A stretch of 63,519 nucleotides of DNA, counting the filler, from Saprolegnia diclina VS20 (taxonomy: Eukaryota): NCBI RefSeq assembly GCF_000281045.1. It is 9 parts of 5 records of this genome, joined end to end, with 100 filler letters (N's around TTAATTAATTAA, not from the genome) between each part and the next. Parts side by side here need not be neighbours in the genome. Positions count along the whole stretch, not along the records: positions 18,345 to 39,688 come from NW_008246182.1; 8 more parts are not named here. The stretch is one strand, 5' to 3'. Both the position numbers and the translations under genes were made by a program. The first letter of the stretch is position 1, and every line of letters begins with the position of its first letter. Of the stretch, positions 23,034-35,073 are shown one piece after another. The notes beneath the pieces were generated by a model. The model was not told the origin of the DNA and did no database searches. It saw nothing but the letters and a program-made list of their open reading frames with translations.

Positions 23034-24629
23034 CTACGACGACTGCGCGAGGGTACGTAGCGCGTCACCCACCTTCTTTGCGATTGGCGTCGCGTCCGAC
23101 TCCATTTGGAGGTAGATGTTGCCGACGGCGTCATATGCGTGGTTGAGCATGTCGTACACGAACGGCATCGTACCGAGTGCCTTGCGCATCTTCTCGTGCT
23201 GTTTTTGCTTGGACGGGTGGTTGATCTTCTCGTACACGAGCGCGAGGTTGTGGTGCGCGCGGGCCTGGCCCGCATGCGAGTCGAGCTCGATCATGAGCGC
23301 GAGGTCCTTCAAATGGCTCTCAATCGCTTGGTCCATCTGCCCTTGCGCCGAGCAGACGTTGCCGAGGTTGGCGTGGGCCCGGCCCTCGAGGTCCAAGTCG
23401 CCTTCGCTGGCCGCTAGTAGGAGGCACTTGGTGTGGCACTCGTACGCTCGATTGTACTGCTCCGTACTCACATATGCAACGCCGAGACCCTTGAGCCCGC
23501 GGCCCTGCAGCTTGGCGTGGCCCACGAACGTGGCGAGGCGAATGCACTCGAGTTGGCTCGCAATCGACGCGGCAATGTGCCCCATCTCTTTTTTCGCCGT
23601 CCCGAGATGGTGGTGTATAAGAGCTTGCAGTGGAACGTCGTCGAGCGTCACAGCTAGACGAAGCACGCCCTGAAGCGTCGCCACCGCGGCTGTGAGGTCG
23701 TTGCACGCGTAGAGCTGGTACGATGCGAGCGCCAACTGCTCCGTCACGGGCACGTACGCTCCCGGAATCGCGACTTCAGTGAGGAAGAAACCTGCGTCCT
23801 CGGGCGTCGCATCGACGGCTTCATTGTTGAGCGGCAGCTCGAGACCAAACCCGATCTTTGGCGGCTGCCACCGCTGCGACACCCGCGGCAATGGCAGCGG
23901 CGTGCCGTTGGGCGTGAGCTGGCGCCGGGCAAACCGAGCTCGCGGCTTGCTCGCAATGCTAGTACGGTCAATGCTCGTATATGGGTGGCCACTCGATATC
24001 TCTGTGACGTACGGCAGTAGCTCGTGCATGGACGCACTTGCCCGTATGCCCACGTTATACAAGAGACTTCGTTCCAGCACACTTGTTTCCGCTGGTGAGC
24101 TCGAGATCCGTCGGCTACGCAGCAGCATGACACACAAGACTGATAAAAACCTTCGTACGGAAGCATCGGTGTGGACGCACTCGCTGTCAATGGCGCTTGG
24201 TGGAAGCTATTGTTGTTGTTGTTGGTCTCAGATTCGATCAGCGGCGATTTCAGAAGCTGGCTCCGCGCCTTGGCGAGCTGGTGCTTGGTGTCGTCGGTCA
24301 TCGCAGCTGTCGGTAGCTGCCGACGCCGTGCTTTCGGCTCGGGTAGAGTGAGCGCTGGAATGCTCACACATGTTGGCTTTGGCGTATCTTGCCGCGTTGG
24401 CTTTACAAGATGCGACTCGCTCGATTGGCGGCGCAGGGCGGCCGGCGCCGTCGCTGGGGGCGGTTGCGTGCTACTGCGTCGGGTAGCGTCCAACGCCGCT
24501 TTCTGCTCGAGTTGCTGCGTCAACACCGTACGTCATATAGAGACGTACCGTTGTGAGTCGCGGCGCGACGGACCGACCCTTGAGCTCCGCCGAGAGGTTC
24601 GGGTACACGTTGGCGACGTCAAAGACCAT
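23034..24629 (-). CDS. TPR-repeat protein (TTC28/rapsyn-type TPRs), multi-exon
   Basis: HHLGTAKK..G, GRGLKGLGVAY, EGRAHANLGNVC and ARAHHNLALVY repeats. Low-complexity N-terminal exons. Both ends approximate. Confidence 0.8.
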
Positions 24630-24927
24630 CACGCCAAAGTTAGACTGGCGGGATCTGATTGGTCACACTCCTGATTTTTCAGCCAATGGGATTTGCGTGT
24701 CAATGGCGATGGCACATCTTGCATCCACGAGCTCCGCGGTGGCGACAGGCCTCGAACGCAGACGCCCACGCGGAGCTCGCCACCCACAAGTGGCGTTTGG
24801 ATGCTGCACTGTCGCACATACTATGATTCACAGTGTATACTACTACTAAATTACCTTGCTATGTGTAAACTATCCTAATCCTGGCGGCTGGGCTTTGCGC
24901 CACATCTTCCTGCACATCCTGCGGCCA

Positions 24928-25704
24928 TTAGACTCCGAGACGTTCGTTGCGGCAGATCGCTGCCTTCATCGCATCCAGCTCGGCTTCGTCTTGCACGAGC
25001 ACGTCCATGTAATAAGGCGTCGTGACCCACTCGTCGACCTCGGGGCGCGGTGTCAAAATCTCAGAAACCGCTGTGCTCACGAGCGAGAGCCGCGCGTCCG
25101 GCGTGAGCAACCGTGTTTGGTACCACACGCCAAAGAGCGTCACAACCACGACGCCTGTCGTGTAAAGCAGCGTGCACTGGACTTGGTCGCGCTCCGTGTG
25201 GCCCTTGTTGAACGTCTCGGCCAGCACAAGCGCCCCAAGCAGCGTCGTCGTGTGGATGAGTCGGAGCCGCTCACTGGTGCGCGCAGCGTACCGACAGTAG
25301 AAAACAAACGCAAGCGCCGTGGCCGCATAGAGGCAGAGCTGCAAGACGAATGGAAAGACGTGGAGGCACGCCAAGGTGTAGTCGAACGCGAGCGCGAGCG
25401 TGGCCACGTACAAGGCAAAGAGCCCGAGGCCGTAGTAGGACGCTGCATAGTCTCGGACGAGCGACGCGTGCACGAGTAGACACAGAATGAGCACAAGAAA
25501 CGCAACCGAGATGCCTGTAAAGCGGCTCATGTCAAATGCGTCGGCGGCCGCAATGACTGTGAGCGGTGGAAGCCCGGCGATGACGAGCTCGATGCGGCGG
25601 TAGCCGCCAAAGATGCACACGAGGCCGTACATGATGGCCGCTGCGTACAAGAGCACGTCCAGTGGGTCCATCGCGCTCGTATCTGTGGGTAGCGGGAACA
25701 GCAT
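24928..25704 (-). CDS. Hypothetical multi-pass membrane protein (about 7 TM)
   Basis: About 258-aa ORF with successive hydrophobic segments. No family recognised. Confidence 0.6.
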   Translation of the reverse strand: MLFPLPTDTSAMDPLDVLLYAAAIMYGLVCIFGGYRRIELVIAGLPPLTVIAAADAFDMSRFTGISVAFLVLILCLLVHASLVRDYAASYYGLGLFALYVATLALAFDYTLACLHVFPFVLQLCLYAATALAFVFYCRYAARTSERLRLIHTTTLLGALVLAETFNKGHTERDQVQCTLLYTTGVVVVTLFGVWYQTRLLTPDARLSLVSTAVSEILTPRPEVDEWVTTPYYMDVLVQDEAELDAMKAAICRNERLGV

Positions 25705-26120
25705 CAACTTGTAAGGTCCAATTCAATAATAACGTGACCGAGGACCGATATCCAATTCTTAGTACCAGCTGCGTTTCTTAGTGCAACTTGGGAAAGGCCA
25801 TGTTGGTCCAGTCGCGTCCAGAACATGTCAAGAACGCACCGCGCATCCTTCTCGTGTCCATGCTCCATTATCTTCCAGGGTCCCTGGGGACCGTCCGCAG
25901 GCGCCCCTACAAGTCCCTGCAGCCAGTCACCACGACCGATGATGCCCCGTGCGTGCTCTCCGAGATCTTATTCTTGACGCTTATTCTTACACGATCCCAC
26001 GATCGAAAATAAAGAAACGCGCAGCATCAATTCCCGGTTCTTCAACACCAATCTGGATACCGGTAGCAAATCTGAAGTCTGGCTTATTCGGTGAGCTCGG
26101 AGGATGCGTCACGACGTCGT

Positions 26121-28344
26121 TTACGGCCACTTGCAGCTGCAGCCGTCTTGCGGTCGGAGCGCTGGCCGTGCGACAAAGCGCTCGCCGAGCTTGGTGCCCT
26201 TCTTGAGAAGGTACCCAAACACGATGCCGCCGACCAATGTCACGAGCGACGCGGCGTGCACGAGCCGCTCAAACATAAAGCCAAGGTGGCGGTCCCAAAA
26301 GAGAAGCCCGACAAAGACGCTGCCAACGATCACCGTCGACGTCATGAGCGCGGCTTGGAGCGAGACCGGCGCCGCGTCGGCAAACGGCGAGTTCTTGTGG
26401 CGGCTCGGCACGTAGCGCTGCAGGAGCAAGTCGATCGTGTCTTGGCGGGACCCGTCCGCAAAGTTGTTGAGGATGTACCGAAGGCACGAGTTGTAGATGT
26501 CTTGCACAACGCCCTTCTTCGTGCGCTTGCCCGTGCTGCAGCAACATTAGTCGTTCGCGCATCGTGCAACTTGATTGTACCGGGTAAAGTCCGTCTTGAG
26601 CGCGCCCGTGCCCGCGTACAGGAACGAGATGGCGTCCGCGTTGTTGCCCCACATGTTTTTGAACGCGACCTCCAACGACGGGAATGGCGACGAGAGGACG
26701 TCGCCGTCGATGCTCTCGTTGGCCTGCAAGAGCAAGCTCCGGCGCGCAAAGAGCGACTAGCACTCGATCTTAGTCGTGCCGCACAACACATAAGGATACG
26801 TGTACCTGCACGACGTTGGTGCGGTCGAGGTTGTCCATGCAGTTGGTGCGCACGACGCCCGACTGCGTCGTCAATACCTGGCCCGTCGCGGCCTTGGTGA
26901 AGTACCTAGCCGCCGTTGCCACCATCTCAACAAGACAGCAAAAGAGCCGTACCCGTAGTCTAAGAAATCATTGTCGACTTGCTGAATGAGCTTGCTCAGG
27001 TTGTGCCACTGCATTTTGCGGCATTCGTGGTGGAAGTCGAACCAGACGTAGCTGCCGTAGATATAAGACCTATGACGACCACTCGTCATACGCACCGAAC
27101 GTTGGCCAAAATGTGCGTGTCGCACGCCGACGCATGGCCGCACACTTTTTCAAATGCTTCGCCGAGTCGCAGCTGCTCTTTCTTCTTGTCGATCAAGTTG
27201 ACCATGATCACGCGCCCGTAGAGCTTGATGAGCTCGTTCGCGTGCGCCGCGAACGCCAGCGTGTCCTATCGGCGTCCATGAGTCCTTGGCATTTGGCCAC
27301 CTCGTCGTACCTTGTCGAGGTTGCCGCGCTGGTAGACTTTGGGCGCGTACTTCATCGTCACCGGTGAGCTCCAATGCACCGGGATCGACCCACGGATCTA
27401 CATGTCCGCGTCGTCAGCGAGCTTCTTTCTCGAGACGAAGAGCGTCTACCTGCACAAACGAAGTCTGGCGACCATCTGCAAAGAGGCACGCTTGCTCGGT
27501 TTCAACAAAGTTGGCCACATTGCCATCCTATACAAGAGACACGAGCGTGGCATGATGATGATGATCAATGGACGGGCCGGAAGACGTACCTCGTCGATAC
27601 CGCGCATGGTGAAGCGCAAGCCCTGGCGGCGGCACGATCGGCGCGAGATGTACACGACATCGAACGCCTTGGACGAGCAAGCGAGTTGCTTGACGACCTC
27701 AATGTAGCCTTGCATGATGGGCACGACCCACTCAAAGAGCTTCTTCTCGAGGAGGAACGTGGAGGCCGCATAGTTCCAGCAGAAGCGCGTGTCGGCGCGC
27801 TCGGCCACCGACTGCAGCGGCGAGAGCGCTGCAATGCGCTGGAGCGAGTGCGTCAAGTCAAAGTCGTACGCAAAGTAGAGCAGCTGCGCCTCGACGTTGG
27901 TCGTGAGCATCTGCACATACCTACATGAGCGTCAGCATGATGTGGCGGTCAGAGAGACGTCGACCGTTCTTCGTCGTGGAGCTGCGCCGCGCTCAAGAGC
28001 GGAACGTCGTGCGTCGGAAGCAGCACAAGCTCGATCGCGAGCACTTGGCGAAAGTCGACGTCGGCGTCGTCACGGAGCCCATGCACCTTGCCAACGCTCT
28101 TGGACTTGGTCACGAGCGCGAGGTACCGGCCCTTGAGCAAATTGTAGATGCCAAAGATGGCGTCAAAGGGCAGCGACCGCCCGTGCGTGTGCTTGAGGTC
28201 CGCAGCTTCCTCGAGCATGAGGAAGTTGGGGCTCGTCGCATTGCGCTCGAGGAGGAGACACTGGTCGACGTTCTTCTGCGAGATCGCGAGGTGGCTCTGG
28301 TCCGAGAGCACGTGCAGCTCAAAGCGGCCCGTCGTCGTCGTCAT
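26121..28344 (-). CDS. SAC1: SAC1-type phosphoinositide phosphatase, multi-exon
   Basis: IFGIYNLLKGRYL, YFAYDFDLT, RFCWN, ISRRS..G.RF..RGID, RGSIP, FDFHHEC, RTNCMDNLDRTN, YAGTGALKTDFTR and two C-terminal TM segments. Confidence 0.93.
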
Positions 28345-28942
28345 CCTTCTGCGCCCGACAAAGGTGACGTGGAAATAAAATTTGGCTGTCCGGATACCGG
28401 TCGGTTGTTGGCTGTGTCCAGGCGTGGCCACCGTGACTCACTGAAGCACGCACTCGCAACGTGCGCAGATCGCAATGACGCTGGATGTAGCCGCAGCAAG
28501 CTACAGCTGTACGCAGTTGGGCAGGTCTCGGCTGGGACGAGGGCCATGTCACATGGAGCACCATCCTCCTCATGGAATGGAGGGGTGCCATTAGTCTTTT
28601 TTTATATCGCGGGTATAACAACACGCAATGATCAATCATCTCTAAAATCACGCGTACTAAGCGACCGTCATTGTCATGAGCTAGTGTCAGCTCTGGTGTC
28701 CATTGGCACTACAGTACTGATATCAGCAGCAGCGATGGTGGCTATTCTCGCTAAAAAGCAGCGCAGCAAAGCCGCAAGGGTCAACTGAAGGGTCAATAAT
28801 GAGCGCAGTTGATTTTCCCTGGTCGCTTAGGAGACACATGTCGCGTGTCGGCTATAAATACAAGCTTGAACTCGATACTGTCGGGTATAAAAGACAATTA
28901 ACGGTCATTCGATTCCGCTCAGTCGCATTTTGGCAGGCCAAG

Positions 28943-30379
28943 ATGATGGAACAGTACCTGCTCCGCGTGCCCAAGAAGGTGGGCACGGAGCTCCGGAAGA
29001 AGATCCAGGACAAGGATATCAAGGGCGTCGACATGGTTGCCGGCGGTAGGCGCGCCAGCATCCGCCGCCATGCGAATCTCATCGTCGTCGTCTTCGTAGC
29101 GGACAATAAGCATTTCAAGTTCCACCTCGGCGACCAAGAGTACCCCGTGACGCTGAGTACGCGCCGCCGCCATAGCTTGCGTGGCCTAATGCAGCGTGCT
29201 CTCTAGACCAGCTGCCGTGCATCCTCGAGACGCACAAGACGTACGACGACAACCTCTTTTACAAGAGCGGCGAGATTGGCCAGGTATGGTTGCGTCCTCG
29301 CAGCGCTTCCGACGACCATGCACTAGATCTTTATGGTGCACGAAAACACGGAAAAGCAAAAGCTCTACGAAGACGTCGCCGAGCTCCCGAGTGGCATCAC
29401 GCCGCCGACCACCAACATTGTCAAGCGCAAGTACTCCAAGACCAAGAAGTACCCGACCTTTCCCGTTGGCATTCGTAGTCCTTCTCGCGTTGGACTCAAG
29501 CAACCCTGTAGAAAACAGACGTGGCGCGCGTCGAAGACAGCTTGATCCGCATCATGGGCGGCGGCGTCATCGAGGACGTGCGTACGTCGACCTCGCTCTT
29601 CTCCCATCGCGATGACATCGCTTACTCGAGTCCTCGATGCGTAGAGGAAGAACTCGTCGACTACTGCGACTGGATGGTCACCGACGCCGAGCCCCAGGGC
29701 ATTGTAGTTTATGATGAAATGGACCTCATCGTGCAGCACCCCGAGGTACGGCGCTCTTTGCAGACGAGGAGTGCGCTCATGGAACATGAAGTACTTGACG
29801 ATCTCCAAGAAGAAGGACCCGAACGAGAAGGATGGCAACAGCGCTGGCAGTGTGCTCGCCGAGCGCCGACAGGCCATCGAAGATGCACGAACACCGGCGG
29901 ACGTGCTCTCGGAAGAGGACGACGACATGGACGACGACGGGAAGAGCAAGCCCGCGACCGCCGCGTCGACGCCGACCAACAGCGGCAACAAGTCGGCCGA
30001 AGACGACGACTTTGACGAGGACATGGAGCGCATGCTCAACGAAGACATGGACGACGACGACGACGATGACAAGTACAACCTCCAGGAAGACCCGCAGTAC
30101 GTGGCGTTTGTGCGCCAGCGCCAAGTGCTGCAAAAGAAGCTCCACGACCTCGAGACGGAGATCTTGACCAACCAAGCGAGCATTTCATCCGCGACCAACT
30201 TTGTGCTCAAGCAGCGCTTCCAAGTCAAGGACCAGACGCTGCAGCAACAGAAGGCCCAGCTCCAAGACTCGCTCAACGAGGTACTCCCTGTGTTATGTAT
30301 AGCGGACGCTCATGAGGAATGCTCGTGGCATTAGACCAACCAGTCGATCCGAGACCTCGAGGCCAAGGCCAACGTCTAA
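28943..30379 (+). CDS. TAF7: TFIID subunit 7 (TAFII55), multi-exon
   Basis: MEQYLLRVP, QLPCILETHKTYD..FYKSGEIGQ and SGITPPT..IVKRKY, then an acidic linker and a C-terminal coiled coil (ATNFVLKQRF). Confidence 0.9.
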
Positions 30380-30433
30380 CTTGGTGACTTTAGCTGCGAG
30401 ACAAAGAGCAATGGAGAACGAAATGGAGTTAGA

Positions 30434-30886
30434 TTAGGTGTAGGCCTCGACAATGTGCTGCGAGCGCTCGAAATCGTTGTTGATGAAAACCCACTGCGTG
30501 AGCGTGTTGGCACTGACGCTGGCGTCGTAGACGTACGGCATGACGAGCGCCACGGGCTGCTTGGTCGCCGACGCCGGCTTGGCGAGCAAGAGCACGTTGA
30601 CATACACGTAGCCGGCCTTGTCAGGCACGTCGCGCCGCTCGTCGGCGACCATGATCTGCTCGATGAGGTTCATGGAGAAGGCTGTGTCCACTTCAACGCG
30701 GTTCAGGACCACGTCGTTGTCTTCGCGGACGATCGCCATGTTCTTGACACCGAGCGGAATGCACTTGACGCCCATCTTCTGCAGCCGCTTGGCCTCCTTG
30801 GCGCTACGCGTCTTGATCCACGCCGCGAGCGCCAGCTCCGTCGCATCGAGCTCGTACGCCGTCGTCTCGGCTTCCGGCGTTGCCAT
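30434..30886 (-). CDS. Hypothetical protein (150 aa)
   Basis: Intact ORF with strong GC3 codon bias, from MATPEAETT to HIVEAYT. Confidence 0.7.
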   Translation of the reverse strand: MATPEAETTAYELDATELALAAWIKTRSAKEAKRLQKMGVKCIPLGVKNMAIVREDNDVVLNRVEVDTAFSMNLIEQIMVADERRDVPDKAGYVYVNVLLLAKPASATKQPVALVMPYVYDASVSANTLTQWVFINNDFERSQHIVEAYT

Positions 30887-31998
30887 CTTGTCGAATGGAT
30901 GTGACTGGTGCCAATCCACTATCCGGACAACATCACGTCCGGATACGAAGCGTTTTGGTTGATTCTGGCGGGAGAGAATCACTCTCAACGGCAAACAGCA
31001 AGAATGTGCAAGCGTATAATGCATCTACCCGTGGCCACAGCCAGAGGCGACGTCTTCGCACTCTGAGGAAGTCATGCGCGCCTCGTACACGGTCGTTGAC
31101 CTTGTCGAGTCTGAGACTGGCGCCAAAACAAGATAACTGTCTGCGGGGCATACTACAAATCAGAAAGTGGGGCGCACTCCGGGACTCGACGACGGATCTG
31201 CCTGGCGATATACCAGCGTATGAACCGCTCGACTAAAACAAGTCGACAAGAGCCGCACCTTCTTGGCTCTAGGTACTAGCCGTTGTGGTACTGGCCAGTA
31301 CGCCGACGCCGGGTCGATGCTCCGAGCAACGCTCAGAGGTCCGTTGTCATGGGTGTTGTTCCTTTGAGGATCGTTCAGTACTTGCGTTCCAAGGCTTGTC
31401 CCATCGATACCCAATACACTGGGTCTTGGAGGCATCCAGCGCATAGTATTGTGTGCACCGTACTACTGTGTTGGAATCATATCCTCATAGCCAGTTGCCT
31501 TCTCGGCTCCGATTTTCCAGATCAGAGCATGTACTGCACTGCATTTCTATGATATACTCCACGTCATAAGCCGTCGAAGCAAAGTCAATGCGAGTAGATT
31601 TGGCTATGGGGTGGACGGTCGGTGTCGGACTTCACCAGCACCGCAGTAACGGGATTCCTTGGCGTGTTTCGGGCTGTTCGTCTCGGCGAGATCCATGTGC
31701 GAGCACATCAACAGAACCTTCTAAATCAACTACAAGGCGACACACCATGACGTGGCACGCGGTGCATACAGCATGCCGTTCCTTTATACCCTCTGTATTT
31801 CCAGAGTGTGTACAGTGGTCTGCGATAGACATTTTGCCAGTAGGGGTAGGAATTCTTTTTCATATCCCACTGCAGGTTCATATTACGTGTGTGAACCACG
31901 TGCAACGCCGGATTCAGGCTGTCAAATGCAGAGGCAAACTCGATATCTGGAGCTCATTTTCCAATTTGGTGGCTACTACACAACAACAAAGCAGCGGT

Positions 31999-33027
31999 AT
32001 GAAGCTCATTGCTACGACTCTCCTCCTGGCGGCTGCCATCTCGAACGTTGAAGCCCACGGGCGCCTCGTCAAGCCGCCCCACCGCGGCTACATTGGCAAG
32101 TTGCCCCAGTTCAAGGACTACGTCCCCACCGACTATTCCGACCACGGCCTCAACGGCGGTGGCATCGAGGGGACGAAGGGTGGTCAGCACGGAATCTGCG
32201 GCGACCCGTACAACGGCAACCGTGCCCACGAGACTGGCGGCGTGTATGGCCTCTTCCCGACCCACGGCGCCAAGGTCATTGGCGAATGCTACGCCCCCGG
32301 CGCCACGGTCGACCTCCAAGTTCAGATCACGGCCAACCACAAGGGCTACTTTGAGTTTGGCCTTTGCAAACTCAACAGCAAGGGCGACAAGGAGACCGAA
32401 GAGTGCTTCCAGACGCTGTCGCAGCCCAACGGTGAGAAGCAGTGGCAGCTCCCCGCCGGTGCCGACTTTTTCAAGATGCAGTACAAGCTGCCGTCGGACG
32501 TCAAGTGCGACGGTGACTCGCACTGCGTGCTCCGGTGGTGGTACGTTGGTGGCAACAACCCGGGCGTCGGCATCAACGGCCAGGAGCAGTTTTGGAACTG
32601 CGCCGATATCTACATCAGCGACTCGTGCGGGTCGGACCCGAAGCCGTCGCCAAGCAGCCAGCACCCGACGCCGGCACCGAGCTCAGCCAAGCCTACATCG
32701 GCGCCCTCGGACGCCCCTACGTCCAAGCCGAGCAACGTGCCCAGCCCGACGACCGAGGAGCCGTGCGATCCGACAACGGCAAAGCCTATCCCCTCGAAGA
32801 CACCGTCGCCCAAGCCGACGTCCAAGACGCCCGTGCACCCCACGACCAAGCCCACGGTGAAGCCGACTACCAAGCCAACGTCCAAGCCCAACTCGGGTGG
32901 CGGTAAGAAGGTCTGGGAGCAGTGCGGTGGCAAGGACTACACGGGCAGCACGGAATGCGTCGGCGGCAGCACCTGCGTCAAGCAAGACGAGTGGTACTCG
33001 CAGTGCGTGCCCAAGCGCCTCCGTTAA
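31999..33027 (+). CDS. AA15 lytic polysaccharide monooxygenase with P/T linker and CBM1
   Basis: Signal peptide then [33 protein letters not shown] and [11 protein letters not shown]-terminus [31 protein letters not shown] is a CBM1. Confidence 0.93.
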   Translation: MKLIATTLLLAAAISNVEAHGRLVKPPHRGYIGKLPQFKDYVPTDYSDHGLNGGGIEGTKGGQHGICGDPYNGNRAHETGGVYGLFPTHGAKVIGECYAPGATVDLQVQITANHKGYFEFGLCKLNSKGDKETEECFQTLSQPNGEKQWQLPAGADFFKMQYKLPSDVKCDGDSHCVLRWWYVGGNNPGVGINGQEQFWNCADIYISDSCGSDPKPSPSSQHPTPAPSSAKPTSAPSDAPTSKPSNVPSPTTEEPCDPTTAKPIPSKTPSPKPTSKTPVHPTTKPTVKPTTKPTSKPNSGGGKKVWEQCGGKDYTGSTECVGGSTCVKQDEWYSQCVPKRLR

Positions 33028-34703
33028 ACCGACTACGTATGTGCGTAATGTCAGCTCGTTGTATGAATAGTTTCGATTCATGAGTTTTGATGGGGATCAA
33101 GCAAAAGTCACGCTTTTGCGTTGAGTATGTTTACACTGGCAAACTCACGGGCGACACCGCTTTCTACACCGTTGAACATGATGACACCGACCAAGAGCAA
33201 GGACAATTCGGTCGATGAAGCATCCTTGGCAAGTCGACGTCATCGCTTCTGCAGCATCGGGATCCTCATCATCCGGATTTTACTCGGATAGTCCCCCGTC
33301 AAGATCGTTTGGCGCCAATCTCGAGTATGTTAGAGGCGAGTGAGCTGGCACTGTAGTAGGCGTTTCACCTAGTGAGCACGAAGCTCGACGATCAATTCGA
33401 TCAATATTCAGTCCAGTGGTCTAGTTATTAAGAGAGTTAGCATATTACTGAGCGAAGTAACTCCACCACACCGAGGCTATGGAGATATACGCTTGTGAGC
33501 CCAACGAGCTCGCGTTGGAAGAGTGACTTTGCCGACGAGTACTGTTTGCTGCATGGAAAATGCCGCGCAACGAGAGCCCTAGTCGTGCAGCGACGGTGCA
33601 CCTTACGGCGTTTTGGACTCTCATAGATCTTTCCATCATGGCATACTGGTCACTGCCCAACGACCTCACTAACACAAATAGCCGCCCCGGCGTAGTGGCG
33701 GTTTTTGGGGCATCACGAGCCATACTGTAGTAGTATGTCGTATTTGAATGTCGTCGACCCTTGGTTCGGGAGCTGCTGGTTGAACGGTTTGGCAACCTAT
33801 CGTGGCGACGTCAGAGCTACGTTCCTCTCGATGTCGGATGTTGTTGCCATCTCATTCGTCCCCTGTCAGCGGCGCAAGTACCTGTGCATACGTTCTTTCT
33901 CAGCGCACCGAGGTAAAGACCAAAGCGCACGCCGCGTCATTCGCACACGTCGCCATTCTGGTCGCTGTGACGACCCAGTGCGTAACCTGGTCGTACCTGG
34001 TGTCCGAAGCAAAAAGGGCGCGAGTTGCCGCAACAGCGCCACGACCACGACGCGTGAAACTGCGCGATCTTTATACACACAGCGCCCTGTTTTATGCGGC
34101 AGCTTTATAAGAATGACAGCTTCAAGTCGCGCTCTATCGCTTGTCGTCACCGCTCATGCCTAAGAAGTGAGCCCGCCGCCCACTCCAATGCAAGACGCGG
34201 CCCTATCGAACCATGCTCTACACCCAGCGACGCTGGGATGACAACGCACGAGGCCTTGGCGCCAGCCAAGCATGGTTGAAGTTGGGTCGGCAACTTGCCG
34301 CAAGAAATTGACGCGTGGTTTTACGACCAGCGCGCCGCAACATAAACCCGACACGCTCGGTTTCCGTCATATGACACTATTTCTGCGTCAACCAGCAACG
34401 AAGAGATATGCCACAGGTCGAGCGCGAAGCGTATGGCGATGACCGAATTCCAATCACGACAAGTAGGGTCATAGAAAGGAGCTGTGAGGCCAAGGGGCTC
34501 TTCGTGTCGTGTCGCGCAAGTAGGATTCGCGTGGGCACCGAAATAGTGTGCCTTGAAGTGGCGTGTTTTTAACACCTGTGCTCAATACAACACGTATACT
34601 GAAACCAAATGGCCGTGCGCCGGTATAAAACAGCTGTTGGAAAAGATGTGGGGCCACCGCCTCCATTTGTGAAATCCCTCCGAATCCCTACAGTCAGTTC
34701 AAG

Positions 34704-35073
34704 ATGCTCAGCATTCGCCGCGCCGTCGTCGCCCGCGCCCCCGCCACGTTCTCGGCGGTCACCATGCCCACCCGCTCGTTCTCGGACAAGTGGACCGAGA
34801 AGGAGATGGCCGAGGAGAAGCGCTTCTTCAAGTAAGGCCTCCCATGCGACGGCTGCTTCCTGGACGAGACGATTGATACGTGGCATGTGTAGCAAGGAAG
34901 ACGAGAAGGCGCTCCGCCAGCTCCTCGCCAAGATGAAGGGCCAGGTCGACGGCACGGACGCCGCCAAGGCCCACGAAGCCGCCGAGAAGAAGCACATCGC
35001 CAAGATCCTCGGCTCGGACGTCTCGGCCGACGCCGTCGAGAAGCTCCTCAAGTGGAAGCACGACCAGCACTAA
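34704..35073 (+). CDS. Mitochondrial ATPase inhibitor IF1-like protein (1 intron)
   Basis: Presequence MLSIRRAVVAR..RSFS, then the spliced EKEMAEEKRFFNKEDEKALRQL, an IF1-like motif. Confidence 0.7.

Noticed and set aside
22508..23275. ORFs with YLSI/IYLS repeats
   Set aside because: Translation of the GATA microsatellite and Ns.
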